Below, piece by piece: positions 47,748-57,996 of a DNA stretch of 64,000 nt. The position numbers and the translations under genes were made by a program. Position 1 is the first letter of the stretch. Every line of letters starts with the position of its first letter. The notes beneath the pieces are model-generated. The model was not told where the DNA came from. It was given only the letters and a program-made list of their open reading frames with translations, and ran no database searches. The stretch is from an uncultured Melioribacter sp. (GTDB lineage Bacteria; Bacteroidota; Ignavibacteria; Ignavibacteriales; Melioribacteraceae), in contig CAYXKL010000002.1 of assembly GCA_964464825.1 (NCBI GenBank), positions 520 to 64,519 of the forward strand, given 5' to 3'.

Positions 47748-48911
47748 CTACATTCCCAATTTACTTTTTATCTCTGCCGGCACTGCATCTTTATGAACCA
47801 TGATTGCAATTGTCTTTAAGCGTACGTACGGCTCACTCATATACCAATAGCCGTTATATTTTCTATCTTTTGTCCCCCACGAATTTTTTGTGTAATAGAA
47901 CTTTACACCGGTTTGATCTTTTGCAAGTCCGGTAATATGCATTAAGTGATCATCAGTCGTTGTGTAGTTATCGAAAGACTCTTGACGCATCTCTTGAGAA
48001 ATAATTTTTTCTCTTATCGGTCCTTCTTCTTTCTCTTCGTCATCATCTTCTTTTTGAGATTCGTCAATAATTTCATCTGCCGGGACAATTGCATAAGCTT
48101 TCTTCTTCTCAAATTCTTTTTCGGAAACATCACCATCCCAGGCAACCGAGTAACCGTTCTCAAGTGCGTAATCAATTATTTTTATTAATTCATCAATGGG
48201 TAGATTATAATATAAGTCTTCAGTCCAATTGTCCGGTATCTCAAGTTCAAACTGTGTATAGAATGGATGATGCGTGTATGAAGTAAGTTCAATATAATCA
48301 TCGGGATTAAACCCGAGCGATTGAACAAAACTTTTTGGTGTGTAGGCTTTCCCTTGGTAATTAAATTCAGTTGGCGGAACGCCGAGATAAATATCGAGCG
48401 TTGATTCAAAAACTTCTTTCCAGCGCGGAGTAACTTTACCACCTTTGTTTTTAGTTACAACATCAACTATGCTTTTCAGCATCGCATCCATTTCACCATG
48501 GTTATGTTCATCTTCATTTATATTCTTGCCGTTGTAAACTTCGTCGGGTACAAGACCATAATTTTTAATTACACGCATTACATCATGTGCTTGTCCGCCC
48601 ATCCCGAAATTTGTTTCGCCGTGATAACGTACATAGTTAACAGCTTTATCGGGATAAGTATAACGCACATTGAACATTGGAGAGAGGATATGCTCACCCT
48701 TTCCCATTCTAATCAATTCGGTTTCAATAAATGATGTTGTTGCAAAAGACCAGCCAGTTCCAGTCTTTGCCTGGTTTTTAACCGGTGTAGTTTTTAGTTC
48801 GTAAATCATCTCAAATTCGTAAGCTTCTTTCTTTTTCTTTCCTTGTGCAGAGAGAATAAATGGAATGAATAAAACTGCAAGAATTATTTTGAAATATGGA
48901 TTCAATTTCAT
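47748..48911 (-). CDS. pepC: Secreted C1B-family (aminopeptidase C / bleomycin hydrolase-like) peptidase homolog with Gly in place of the catalytic Cys
   Basis: 387 aa with a signal peptide. NQAKTGTGWSFA aligns to the Q-x3-G-x-C-W-x-F active-site block but has GGC (Gly53) where Cys is expected. The His (DHLMHITG) and Asn (KNSWG) blocks are retained. Confidence 0.8.
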   Translation of the reverse strand: MKLNPYFKIILAVLFIPFILSAQGKKKKEAYEFEMIYELKTTPVKNQAKTGTGWSFATTSFIETELIRMGKGEHILSPMFNVRYTYPDKAVNYVRYHGETNFGMGGQAHDVMRVIKNYGLVPDEVYNGKNINEDEHNHGEMDAMLKSIVDVVTKNKGGKVTPRWKEVFESTLDIYLGVPPTEFNYQGKAYTPKSFVQSLGFNPDDYIELTSYTHHPFYTQFELEIPDNWTEDLYYNLPIDELIKIIDYALENGYSVAWDGDVSEKEFEKKKAYAIVPADEIIDESQKEDDDEEKEEGPIREKIISQEMRQESFDNYTTTDDHLMHITGLAKDQTGVKFYYTKNSWGTKDRKYNGYWYMSEPYVRLKTIAIMVHKDAVPAEIKSKLGM

Positions 48912-49089
48912 GAGTAATCTTCACAATATTATTAATTGTACATCTTAATCATAAAATTAAAATATAACCGGCATAATTGGAAGTAGAATTAATAAATGGT
49001 ATTAAGTTTTTAAAATAGTTTAAGTTAAGATTGATTTTAATCTCCCCTAAAACTAATTTCAAATTGCCCACAAAAAGAAAAAAGTCATT

Positions 49090-50079
49090 ATGAACAATTA
49101 CATATTTTTAAACAAGTTTTTAATTGCATTGTTATTCCTATTGATAATTGTTGCACCAGCATCATATTCACAAAATAAATTCGGATTAGTCATACACGGA
49201 GGTGCTGGTACAATTAAAAAAGAATATATGAGTCCGGAAAGAGAAAAAGAATATCTAGCAAAGCTTGATGAAGTGTTATCAGCCGGTTATAAAATTTTAG
49301 AAAAAGGCGGAAGCAGTCTGGACGCAGTTGAAGCGGTTATAAAATTAATGGAAGATTCTCCATTGTTTAATGCCGGCAAAGGGGCGGTCTTTACTGCTGA
49401 AGGTACAATTGAACTTGATGTTTCAATAATGGACGGAAAAAATTTATCAGCCGGTGCGGCTGCCGGATTGAAACATGTTAAAAATCCAATTTCACTTGCA
49501 CGCAAAATTATGGAAAAATCTCCCCACGTTATGCTGATAGGTGAAGGTGCAGAAAAATTTGCAAAGGAACATAATCTAGAAATAGTTGATCAGGAATATT
49601 TTTTTACAAAAGAAAGATGGGAATCGTTACAACGCCTCAAAGAGAATGAATTAAAATTAAAAGAGAAACATGGAACTGTTGGTGCTGTAGCGCTTGATAA
49701 AAACGGTAACATTGCAGCCGGTACTTCAACCGGAGGAATGATAAATAAATTATGGGGACGAATAGGAGACACGCCTATAATCGGTGCCGGTAATTATGCT
49801 GATAACAATACTTGCGGTGTATCGGGTACTGGTCACGGTGAATATTTTATCCGGCTCGGGATTGCCAAAGATGTTTCTGCATTAATGGAATATAAAGGTT
49901 ATACTTTGCAGCAAGCTTCGGATGAAGTAATAAGTAAATTAACTAAGTTTGGCGGTACCGGCGGAATAATTGCTATTGATAAATACGGTAATGTTGCAAT
50001 GCCTTTCAATACTTCCGGAATGTATCGTGGTTATCACATTAGCGGAAGCGAGCCGGTAATTAAAATTTATAAAGAATGA
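49090..50079 (+). CDS. iaaA: Isoaspartyl peptidase / L-asparaginase (Ntn hydrolase)
   Basis: 329 aa with a signal peptide. Autoprocessing site HGTVGAVALD, and GAGN and GTGHGE blocks, are present. Confidence 0.9.
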   Translation: MNNYIFLNKFLIALLFLLIIVAPASYSQNKFGLVIHGGAGTIKKEYMSPEREKEYLAKLDEVLSAGYKILEKGGSSLDAVEAVIKLMEDSPLFNAGKGAVFTAEGTIELDVSIMDGKNLSAGAAAGLKHVKNPISLARKIMEKSPHVMLIGEGAEKFAKEHNLEIVDQEYFFTKERWESLQRLKENELKLKEKHGTVGAVALDKNGNIAAGTSTGGMINKLWGRIGDTPIIGAGNYADNNTCGVSGTGHGEYFIRLGIAKDVSALMEYKGYTLQQASDEVISKLTKFGGTGGIIAIDKYGNVAMPFNTSGMYRGYHISGSEPVIKIYKE

Positions 50080-50198
50080 GTTTGATTTACGAATTACGAT
50101 TTTAGATTTATGATGTTTATTAAATCTGTTTTCAAATAAGTGGTTTTGATTTTATTAGTAATTTGTAATTAGTAACTCGTAATTTTTTAGGAGGTATA

Positions 50199-50615
50199 AT
50201 GGAATTATTTCAACCGATTAATTATTTGGCAGTATTAACTTGTGCGGTTATTGCAATTGGAATTGGAGCACTATGGTACAGCCCCATGCTGCTTGGTAAA
50301 GTATGGGTCGATTCATTAGATAAATCCGAAGAAGAATTAAAAAAAGATTTTAAACCGGTTAAAGCTTACACAATTTCATTTATTGCACAGATTGTAATGG
50401 CATATGTATTAGCAAGAATTCTTTCCTATGTGAATGCAACAACTCTGGAAGAAGGGATACGTATTGCATTTATGGTTTGGATTGGATTTACCGCCACAAC
50501 AATGACAGTTAACATGTTATTCGAAGGGAAAAACTTTAAGCAGTTTTTAGTCGATAGCGGTTATCACTTCTTAGTTATTATTCTTTACGGAATGATTTTA
50601 GGTCTTTGGCATTAG
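50199..50615 (+). CDS. DUF1761-family membrane protein
   Basis: 138 aa, 4 TM helices. ALWYSPMLLGKVW is typical of DUF1761. Confidence 0.6.
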   Translation: MELFQPINYLAVLTCAVIAIGIGALWYSPMLLGKVWVDSLDKSEEELKKDFKPVKAYTISFIAQIVMAYVLARILSYVNATTLEEGIRIAFMVWIGFTATTMTVNMLFEGKNFKQFLVDSGYHFLVIILYGMILGLWH

Positions 50616-50651
50616 AACTATAATAATACTTAAATTTTATACGGAACAATA

Positions 50652-51296
50652 ATGAAGATAAACTTTGTTGTTTTTGATCTTGACGGGACATTGATTAGTT
50701 CACACGAAACAATTTATAAAGCAACGTTACATGCGCTGAAAGAAGTAAATATTTTACATAAACTTGAAAAAGATAAATTTATGTATATGATTGGAATGCA
50801 CTTCGAAGATATTTTTCGTGAATTTGGATTTCGTGTACCTGATTTTGAACATTTCATAAAGATTTATAAATCAATTTATTTCAATTACATCGGCTCATCA
50901 AATATTTATCCCTACGTTGAAGAAATAATTGATAAATTAGAGCAGAAAAAAATTAAAATCGGACTGTTAACAACAAAAGCTCAAGATCAAGCAGATTTAA
51001 TTCTCAAGTATTTTAATTTATATGATAAATTTGACGGGATAATGGGAAGACGCCCGGGAATAGCTCATAAACCCTCACCCGAACCGCTCTTAAAACTTTG
51101 TAGCGAAGTAAATGCTGATATTAAAAATACAATGATGATTGGTGATTCTGAAATTGATATTGAATGCGGTAAAAATGCCGGCGCTGCAACGTGTGCGGTA
51201 AGTTATGGTTACCGCGATAGAGAAATGCTCGGAAAATCATCACCCGATTTTATTATTGACACAATTTCTGATTTAGAAAAAATAATTAGTGGATAA
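50652..51296 (+). CDS. HAD-superfamily hydrolase (phosphoglycolate phosphatase/PpaX-like)
   Basis: 214 aa. Motif I FDLDGTL, motif II LTTK, motif III/IV K...GDSEIDIECGKNAG. Confidence 0.85.
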   Translation: MKINFVVFDLDGTLISSHETIYKATLHALKEVNILHKLEKDKFMYMIGMHFEDIFREFGFRVPDFEHFIKIYKSIYFNYIGSSNIYPYVEEIIDKLEQKKIKIGLLTTKAQDQADLILKYFNLYDKFDGIMGRRPGIAHKPSPEPLLKLCSEVNADIKNTMMIGDSEIDIECGKNAGAATCAVSYGYRDREMLGKSSPDFIIDTISDLEKIISG

Positions 51297-51317
51297 TTTT
51301 TGTTTTTAGGAGGTTGT

Positions 51318-52073
51318 ATGGATACCGGAAAAGTAAATGTAAATATTATCAATGGAATAGCATCATTAAGTTTTCATCATCCCAAAAGTAACTCGCTACC
51401 TTCTAAAATGATTAAGGAAATTACACACCAAATCGAAAAATTATCTAATGATAATAATGTAAGAGTGATAGTTATTAGAAGTGAAGGAGAAAAAACATTC
51501 TGTGCTGGTGCATCATTCGATGAACTTGCCGCGATTAAAGATTTAAAAACGGGTAAAGCTTTTTTTATGATGTTCGGTCAATTGATTAATGCAATGCGTA
51601 AGTGTGAAAAAATAATTATTGCACGTGTACACGGAAAATGTGTAGGCGGAGGTGTTGGTATTGCCGCAGCTGCAGATTATACACTTGCATCCAATGATGC
51701 CTCAGTACGGTTAAGCGAACTTCTTCTCGGCATTGGTCCTTTTGTTGTTGGTCCGGCTATTGAAAGAAAAGTCGGCAAAACCGCTTTTGTAACTATGGCT
51801 GTTGATGGCGATTGGCACGATTCCTTTTGGGCTAAACAGAATGGCTTGTTTACAAAAGTATTTGCAACCAATCACGATCTTGATGAAGCTGTTTCTGCTC
51901 TCGCAAAAAAAATTGCCGCTTGCAATCCCGAAGCAATTAAGGAAATGAAAAAAGTTTTTTGGGAGGGAACTGAAAATTGGGATAAACTTTTAGAAGAGCG
52001 CGCAGAAATAAGCGGTAGATTGGTGTTAAGCGAATTCACAAAAAAATATATAAAATCATTCAAAGAAAAATAA
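51318..52073 (+). CDS. Enoyl-CoA hydratase/isomerase (crotonase) family protein
   Basis: The ATG at 51318 is preceded by AGGAGG. FCAGASFDEL and GKCVGGGVGIAAAAD crotonase-fold motifs are present. Confidence 0.85.
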   Translation: MDTGKVNVNIINGIASLSFHHPKSNSLPSKMIKEITHQIEKLSNDNNVRVIVIRSEGEKTFCAGASFDELAAIKDLKTGKAFFMMFGQLINAMRKCEKIIIARVHGKCVGGGVGIAAAADYTLASNDASVRLSELLLGIGPFVVGPAIERKVGKTAFVTMAVDGDWHDSFWAKQNGLFTKVFATNHDLDEAVSALAKKIAACNPEAIKEMKKVFWEGTENWDKLLEERAEISGRLVLSEFTKKYIKSFKEK

Positions 52074-52099
52074 TCAACTTATTTTGCCGGGGGGAAAAA

Positions 52100-52891
52100 T
52101 TGAAGACATTTTTTACAATTCTGCTCATCGGATTTTTCTTTTCACAACTTTCTAATATTAACGCTCAAATCGATTCTGTTGATATTTCAGAATATTTTGA
52201 TAATCACGAAGGGTGTATTGTTATTTATGATAAAACGTGGGAATTATATTTCCGTTATGATGAAAAAAGATGCAGTGAAAGATTTCTTCCGGCATCAACT
52301 TTTAAAATTCCGAATTCGTTGATTGGATTGGAAACTGGAGTAATAAAAGATGCCGATTTTGTAATCAAATGGGATGGAATTAAACGCTGGAATGCTGATT
52401 GGAACAAAGATCATAATTTGCGCTCTGCAATACAATCTTCATGTGTTCCGTATTATCAAGAACTTGCGAGAAGAGTAGGAAGAGAAAGAATGTTTAAATA
52501 TATCGATGCATTAAGTTATGGTAACGGAAAAATTGGTGAAAAGATTGATACGTTCTGGCTTGATAATTCCATTAAAATTTCTGCTGATGAACAAATAGAA
52601 TTTTTAAAAAGGTTTTATGATTATAATTTACCTTTTTCCAAGAAGTCTATTGACATAGTTAAAGAAATTATGAGCGAAGAAATTTATCCGGTGAGCAAAC
52701 TAAAATTTAAAACCGGCTCCGGACAAAAAGAAGATGGAACATGGCTATGCTGGCTTGTCGGTTATGTTGAAAAAGGAAAAGATGTTTATTTTTTTGCATT
52801 TAACATAGAAGGGAAAAAATTTGATGAAACTTCTTCTTTAAGAAATAAAACTTCGCGTGATATTCTAAAGAAAATGAACATAATTAATTAA
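52100..52891 (+). CDS. Class D (OXA-type) beta-lactamase
   Basis: 263 aa with a signal peptide. All class D boxes are seen: STFK (PASTFKIPN), S-x-V (SCV), YGN, W-x-x-x-S (FWLDNSIKIS) and KTG (FKTGSG). Confidence 0.85.
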   Translation: MKTFFTILLIGFFFSQLSNINAQIDSVDISEYFDNHEGCIVIYDKTWELYFRYDEKRCSERFLPASTFKIPNSLIGLETGVIKDADFVIKWDGIKRWNADWNKDHNLRSAIQSSCVPYYQELARRVGRERMFKYIDALSYGNGKIGEKIDTFWLDNSIKISADEQIEFLKRFYDYNLPFSKKSIDIVKEIMSEEIYPVSKLKFKTGSGQKEDGTWLCWLVGYVEKGKDVYFFAFNIEGKKFDETSSLRNKTSRDILKKMNIIN

Positions 52892-52946
52892 TAATTATTA
52901 GTTATTAATTTTAACTCATAACTTAACATTCAGAACTTGTAACTAT

Positions 52947-53753
52947 ATGAAGTATAATTTGAGTGAAATATTTATTTATCCGGTTAAATCACTTGGCGGA
53001 ATAAGTTTGAAAGAAGCTGAGGTTACAGAACGCGGATTAAAATATGACAGACGATGGATGCTTGTAGACTCTACCGGCAAATTTATTACGCAACGTATTT
53101 ATCCCAAGATGTCATTGATTGCAGTCGATATTTCAAATGATAAATTAATTTTAAGACATAAAAAAACTTCAGAACAAATAGAAGTAGGGCTTAACGAAAC
53201 AACGGGTAATAAATTAAACACGGTAATTTGGAATGATACCGTTGAAACTCTGCACGTCAGCACTTTTGCTGATGAATGGTTTGAAATAATTTTTGGTATC
53301 AAATGCAAACTGGTTTATATGCCGGATCAATCGAAAAGGTATGTGGATAAAACTTTTGCGCACAACGATGAATTGACAAATCTAACTGACGGCTATCCAT
53401 TTTTGATTATTGGTCAGGAATCTCTTAATGATTTAAATTCTAGATTGAAAGAGAAATTACCGATGAACCGGTTTAGACCAAATTTTGTTTTTACCGGCGG
53501 CGCTTCTTTTGATGAAGATAAAATGAAAAGTTTTATGATTAATGGCATTACATTCTATCCGGTAAAACCATGCGCACGCTGTGTAATTACAACCACCGAT
53601 CAAAATTCGGGAGAGAGAAACGAAGAACCATTAGCAACTTTATCAACTTACAGAAAAGTAAATAACAAAGTTATGTTCGGTCAAAATTTACTTCATAATG
53701 GATCTGGCATTGTACAAGTGGGTGATGAATTTCAAAATATTGAATGGAAATAA
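52947..53753 (+). CDS. MOSC domain protein (YcbX-like; N-terminal beta-barrel + MOSC)
   Basis: 268 aa. IFIYPVKSLGG, RFRPNFV and the conserved Cys region PCARCVITT are present. Confidence 0.85.
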   Translation: MKYNLSEIFIYPVKSLGGISLKEAEVTERGLKYDRRWMLVDSTGKFITQRIYPKMSLIAVDISNDKLILRHKKTSEQIEVGLNETTGNKLNTVIWNDTVETLHVSTFADEWFEIIFGIKCKLVYMPDQSKRYVDKTFAHNDELTNLTDGYPFLIIGQESLNDLNSRLKEKLPMNRFRPNFVFTGGASFDEDKMKSFMINGITFYPVKPCARCVITTTDQNSGERNEEPLATLSTYRKVNNKVMFGQNLLHNGSGIVQVGDEFQNIEWK

Positions 53754-53840
53754 ATATTTATAAATATGCATATAATTTTCTCCGTGACTTCTCTGTGTAA
53801 CCCGGTGTTACTTGAATAGAGCCTCACAATTCTTAGTCAG

Positions 53841-54362
53841 CTATTTACGTTTATAAGTAAAATCATATTCAACATTCCACGTTTTCCCTTCATCACTGCT
53901 CTGTTGTGAAAACTGTCTTACTGTATTTGGATCCAAATTATAGAAAGTTAATTTGCGTATGTATGGATTCTCTTTGTCTTTAGCGTGATCGTAGCTGAAA
54001 AAAATCATCGCTTTTTGGGTTTCATCATAATTGCCTTCGAATAAGATCGGATCTGAATTCTGATCTACCCAATATTGAATCCATTTACCTTTTTCTTTAT
54101 TAAAATGATTAAAACTTTTTCCGACATAACCGCTGGCGCCGGTCCAGTTTTCAAGTATTACAGCATGGCGGAGTATTTTTTCAATTATACTCTCTCCGGC
54201 TTTTTTGTTTTGATGATTGAACACTTCCCATTCTCCAACCCAGAAATCAAATTGTCTTGATTCCGCCGGAAGAGGAACTGGCTGATTTAGAGTTGTATTT
54301 TGCGCTATAAGTATTGATGCAAATAAAAAATTAATTAGAAATAGTTTATTTAAACGATTCAT
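53841..54362 (-). CDS. Secreted protein of unknown function (DUF1579-like)
   Basis: 173 aa with a signal peptide. FDFWVGEWEV motif. Weak family call. Confidence 0.4.
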   Translation of the reverse strand: MNRLNKLFLINFLFASILIAQNTTLNQPVPLPAESRQFDFWVGEWEVFNHQNKKAGESIIEKILRHAVILENWTGASGYVGKSFNHFNKEKGKWIQYWVDQNSDPILFEGNYDETQKAMIFFSYDHAKDKENPYIRKLTFYNLDPNTVRQFSQQSSDEGKTWNVEYDFTYKRK

Positions 54363-54675
54363 ATTATTATCCTTTTTAAGTGTTTCATTATATGCTGTTG
54401 TTATTACCGGACCTTAGCGTAATAAATGAACAAAATTGTTTTAAAATTGAGAATCGACGGCAAACTTAGTTTTAAAGTTATCAAGCTTTACAATTGTTTT
54501 ATTCCCGTCTAATAGTTTACTTTCTGTTAATTATTCTTTTTATGCAACTATTAGACGGCAAAGTAACGGTTAGTGTTATATTATAAAAGTCTATAAATAT
54601 TTCTCTTTAGAATATTAATGACTGAAAAAAGATTATTATTTTTTGCTGCGTAAATTCAAGGAAAAAACAAATTTT

Positions 54676-55317
54676 ATGCCCCGTAAAAAATATAAGAAGA
54701 TTACAGAGGTAAGAACATTCGGTAATGTTTTTGATTATAAAAATGAAAATGTTGAGGGGGAATTACATAATTACTTCGGAAATAAAAATTTATTTACAAT
54801 AGAACTAGGTTGCGGACAAGCAGATTACACAATTAATTTAGCTCGATCATATCCAAACCGGAATTTTATCGGGATTGACAGAAAACCGAACCGGATTTGG
54901 AACGCATCAAAAAATGCTGATGAACTTAACATTAAAAATGCTGCGTTTTTAATTGCTTACATTGAAAAACTCGATAATGTTTTTTCCAATTCTATTGTTG
55001 ATGGAATCTGGATTACTTTCCCTGATCCTTATCCGCGCCACGGAAGTATTAAAAAACGTTTAACACATCCTAGATTTTTAGAGATTTATAAAAAGATATT
55101 AGTAAAAAATGGAATTGTAAATCTTAAAACAGATGACGATCTTCTTTATGAATATACTTTGGAACAAATTCAAAAGAACAATTTGCATCTGGTAAAAGAA
55201 ACTAAAGATTTATATTCAAACAAAGAAATTACTGCCGAGGAAAGTATTCTAACCAAATACGAAAAGCAGCACCTTGCTGAAGGGAAAAAAATTAAGTTGG
55301 TAACTTTTCATTTTTGA
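54676..55317 (+). CDS. trmB: tRNA (guanine46-N7)-methyltransferase
   Basis: ELGCGQADYT SAM motif, and ITFPDPYP and RFL blocks. I prefer the ATG at 54676 over the TTG at 54643. Confidence 0.9.
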   Translation: MPRKKYKKITEVRTFGNVFDYKNENVEGELHNYFGNKNLFTIELGCGQADYTINLARSYPNRNFIGIDRKPNRIWNASKNADELNIKNAAFLIAYIEKLDNVFSNSIVDGIWITFPDPYPRHGSIKKRLTHPRFLEIYKKILVKNGIVNLKTDDDLLYEYTLEQIQKNNLHLVKETKDLYSNKEITAEESILTKYEKQHLAEGKKIKLVTFHF

Positions 55318-55405
55318 CCATTACTTTCGTTCCCCCTTTTTTCGCCCAATAAAATGGCGGACAATTTGGAATAGGATATGGAGTAGTTAATTTTATTTAG
55401 TGTGG

Positions 55406-56239
55406 TTAAAACGTGTATTCCACAACCGGATTATTAATCGGCTTGCCTGAGGTATCATGAATTATCAACAGAACTTTATCATTAATATTATGATCATCTC
55501 TTAAATAATTTTTTAGTGCTGTCAGATCAAATAAAATTTTTTGAGTTAAGTAAGCTTCACACATATCATTATCGGCATTGTGAGAAAGCATTAAAGTAAC
55601 TTGTGCCGGATTGGATTCGGCAATCTCTTTTAAACCATATAATTCAATTTTATGTTCTCTACATCCGCCGCTGTAAGAAATATTAAAAGCTAGTAAATCA
55701 CTATCTATTTCTACACCATTAACATTTAGCAGATCTTTTTCAATTATAGATGTATCGGATCCGTTAATCAACCGCACAGATTTTATTTCATCATCGCTGT
55801 TATTCATTGGTTTTATAATTAGATCAATATTGTAATCAGCCGGATCTATTTGCTGATCACTTCGTGGATAGGGATTGAGTCCTTTTAATTCAAATATGTA
55901 ATCGCCGAATATTACATATCTTGGCTCAAGCATTGTGTTTAATATTTTAGTCTCTATCTTTCTATCATTAATTAAAGTTAACTCAACTTCACCATTGCCG
56001 GCCCAGACACAAATTGCATCCATCGGACAGCGTGAATCACTTACCACTCTATTAAATTTAATTGTAACCAGTTGGTTTATACTAATTGACTCACCGCTTT
56101 TAATGTTAACAGTAACAGAATCGAAAAATTTATTTAACGTAAGCGAGTTATCAGCGGGTGATGTGGGCTCTGTGGTTTTTGTGCATTGAGAAACCGAAAT
56201 TATCAAAGTTACAAACAACAGCTTACTTATCAGATTCAT
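55406..56239 (-). CDS. Putative lipoprotein, unknown function
   Basis: 277 aa. Signal peptide with lipobox-like ISVSQC and several conserved-looking Cys residues. Confidence 0.4.
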   Translation of the reverse strand: MNLISKLLFVTLIISVSQCTKTTEPTSPADNSLTLNKFFDSVTVNIKSGESISINQLVTIKFNRVVSDSRCPMDAICVWAGNGEVELTLINDRKIETKILNTMLEPRYVIFGDYIFELKGLNPYPRSDQQIDPADYNIDLIIKPMNNSDDEIKSVRLINGSDTSIIEKDLLNVNGVEIDSDLLAFNISYSGGCREHKIELYGLKEIAESNPAQVTLMLSHNADNDMCEAYLTQKILFDLTALKNYLRDDHNINDKVLLIIHDTSGKPINNPVVEYTF

Positions 56240-56480
56240 TGTTTAACTTCCTAATTCTCTTTATTAAATTAATTAATTATAATTCCTTAAAAAGGGTTAA
56301 AATTTGGTGTTGCCGATTAATTACACAACAAAATTTTTAGGGATTGAATTATAAATTATATCAGGTTTGAAAACATTTACTTGCACTAATTATGAGAAGC
56401 ATAATAATTGATATGGAAAAGTTAACTATAAAAATCCTTGAAAGAATTATTCCTTCAAGGATTAATTACTTTTTAATAAT

Positions 56481-57659
56481 TTATTTGTAAAGTTTTACGA
56501 TAACTGCTGATGCTTCACCGCCGCCAATACAAAGTGATGCTAATCCATAGTTCGAATTTCTTCTTTTCATTTCATGCAACAATGTTGCCATAATTCTTGC
56601 GCCGCTTGCACCAATGGGATGACCGAGCGCTATAGCACCGCCGTTAACATTTACATTATCAGTAGTAAGTCCTAATATTTTATTCACTGCAAGCGATACA
56701 ACTGCAAATGCTTCGTTGATTTCGAATAAATCGATATCACTCAACTTCATTTTTGCTTTTGCAAGAACTTTATTGATAGCATCAGCCGGAGCTGTTGTAA
56801 ATTGTATCGGCGCTTTTGCAGCAGAACTTTGTGCAACAATTTCTACTAATGGTTTTAATCCAAATTCTTTCGCTTTCTCTTCGCTCATAACTAAAACCGC
56901 CGCAGCGCCGTCATTTATTTTAGATGCATTTGCAGCTGTAACAACGCCATTCTTATCAAATGCCGGTTTAAGAGTTGGAATTTTTTCGAAGTTAACTTTT
57001 TCCGGTTCATCATCTTTTGTAACAATTGTATCACCGTTTCTTCCTTTAATTGTTACCGGAACAATCTCATCATTAAATTTTCCATCTTTCTGTGCAGCAA
57101 GTGCTCGTTGGTATGAAACAACTGCAAAATCATCTAATTCTTTTCTCGTGAAGTTCATCTCTTTTGCACAAGCTTCCGCACAATTACCCATGTGGATATT
57201 ATTGTAAACATCCCACAAACCATCTGAAATCATAGAATCAATAATTTCACCGTGACCAAGCCGGTAGCCGCTTCTTGCATTTTTTAAAAGATACGGTGCA
57301 TTGCTCATACTTTCTTGTCCGCCGGCAATTATAACATCTGCATCGCCAAGTTGTATTGCTTGATGAGCAAGCATAATTGCTTTCAATCCGCTTCCGCACA
57401 TTTTGTTTATTGTTAAACACTCAGTCTTATCCGGAAGACCGGCATAAATTGCTGCCTGGCGTGCAGCAGCTTGTCCCAATCCGGCGGTTAAAATATTTCC
57501 CATTATTACTTCATCAACTGCACCGGGATTAATTTTTGATTCTTCCAATAATGATTTAATTACAATACTTCCGAGTTGAGTTGCAGATAAACTGCTTAAT
57601 GATCCGTTGAATGCACCTATTGCGGTTCTTTTTGCGTGGGTTATTACTACTTTTTTCAT
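56481..57659 (-). CDS. Acetyl-CoA C-acetyltransferase (thiolase II)
   Basis: 392 aa. Active-site NKMCGSGLKA, with GHPIGASGAR and CIGGGEA. Confidence 0.95.
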   Translation of the reverse strand: MKKVVITHAKRTAIGAFNGSLSSLSATQLGSIVIKSLLEESKINPGAVDEVIMGNILTAGLGQAAARQAAIYAGLPDKTECLTINKMCGSGLKAIMLAHQAIQLGDADVIIAGGQESMSNAPYLLKNARSGYRLGHGEIIDSMISDGLWDVYNNIHMGNCAEACAKEMNFTRKELDDFAVVSYQRALAAQKDGKFNDEIVPVTIKGRNGDTIVTKDDEPEKVNFEKIPTLKPAFDKNGVVTAANASKINDGAAAVLVMSEEKAKEFGLKPLVEIVAQSSAAKAPIQFTTAPADAINKVLAKAKMKLSDIDLFEINEAFAVVSLAVNKILGLTTDNVNVNGGAIALGHPIGASGARIMATLLHEMKRRNSNYGLASLCIGGGEASAVIVKLYK

Positions 57660-57915
57660 TTTTAATACCCATTTTTATTATGACTCAAAAATTTGAAATA
57701 TTTGACTCATATACAACCTCTAACTCCTTTAAACTTCCGAATTTTATTAAAAAATTATTCTGTCCATATTTTGTAAAATTTAATAACAACGGGGATCTAT
57801 TTACAACGGCAGAAAATAACGGAAAGTTGAAATTATACTTTATCTTACCCGGAGAGGACCGCCTTAAAAAAGTAGATTATAAGCGAGTATTTTTAATCAC
57901 ACCCCACAGCCTATT

Positions 57916-57937
57916 TGCAATTAAAAAATTAATTGCA
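57916..57937. promoter_or_regulatory. 22-bp palindrome TGCAATTAA-AAAA-TTAATTGCA upstream of the Fur/PerR-like gene (candidate operator)
   Basis: Perfect 9-bp arms, about 60 nt upstream of the ATG at 57997. Confidence 0.4.
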
Positions 57938-57996
57938 TTCTGCTCAATAATAAATTATCTTTGCTAAGAATAATTCCTATTTAGGAAATATTACTT

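Noticed and set aside
57611-57967. 118-aa plus-strand ORF in the thiolase / Fur-like divergent spacer
   Set aside because: It starts inside the thiolase gene on the opposite strand and runs through AT-rich promoter DNA. The translation is low-complexity. The region is better explained as promoter and operator sequence.
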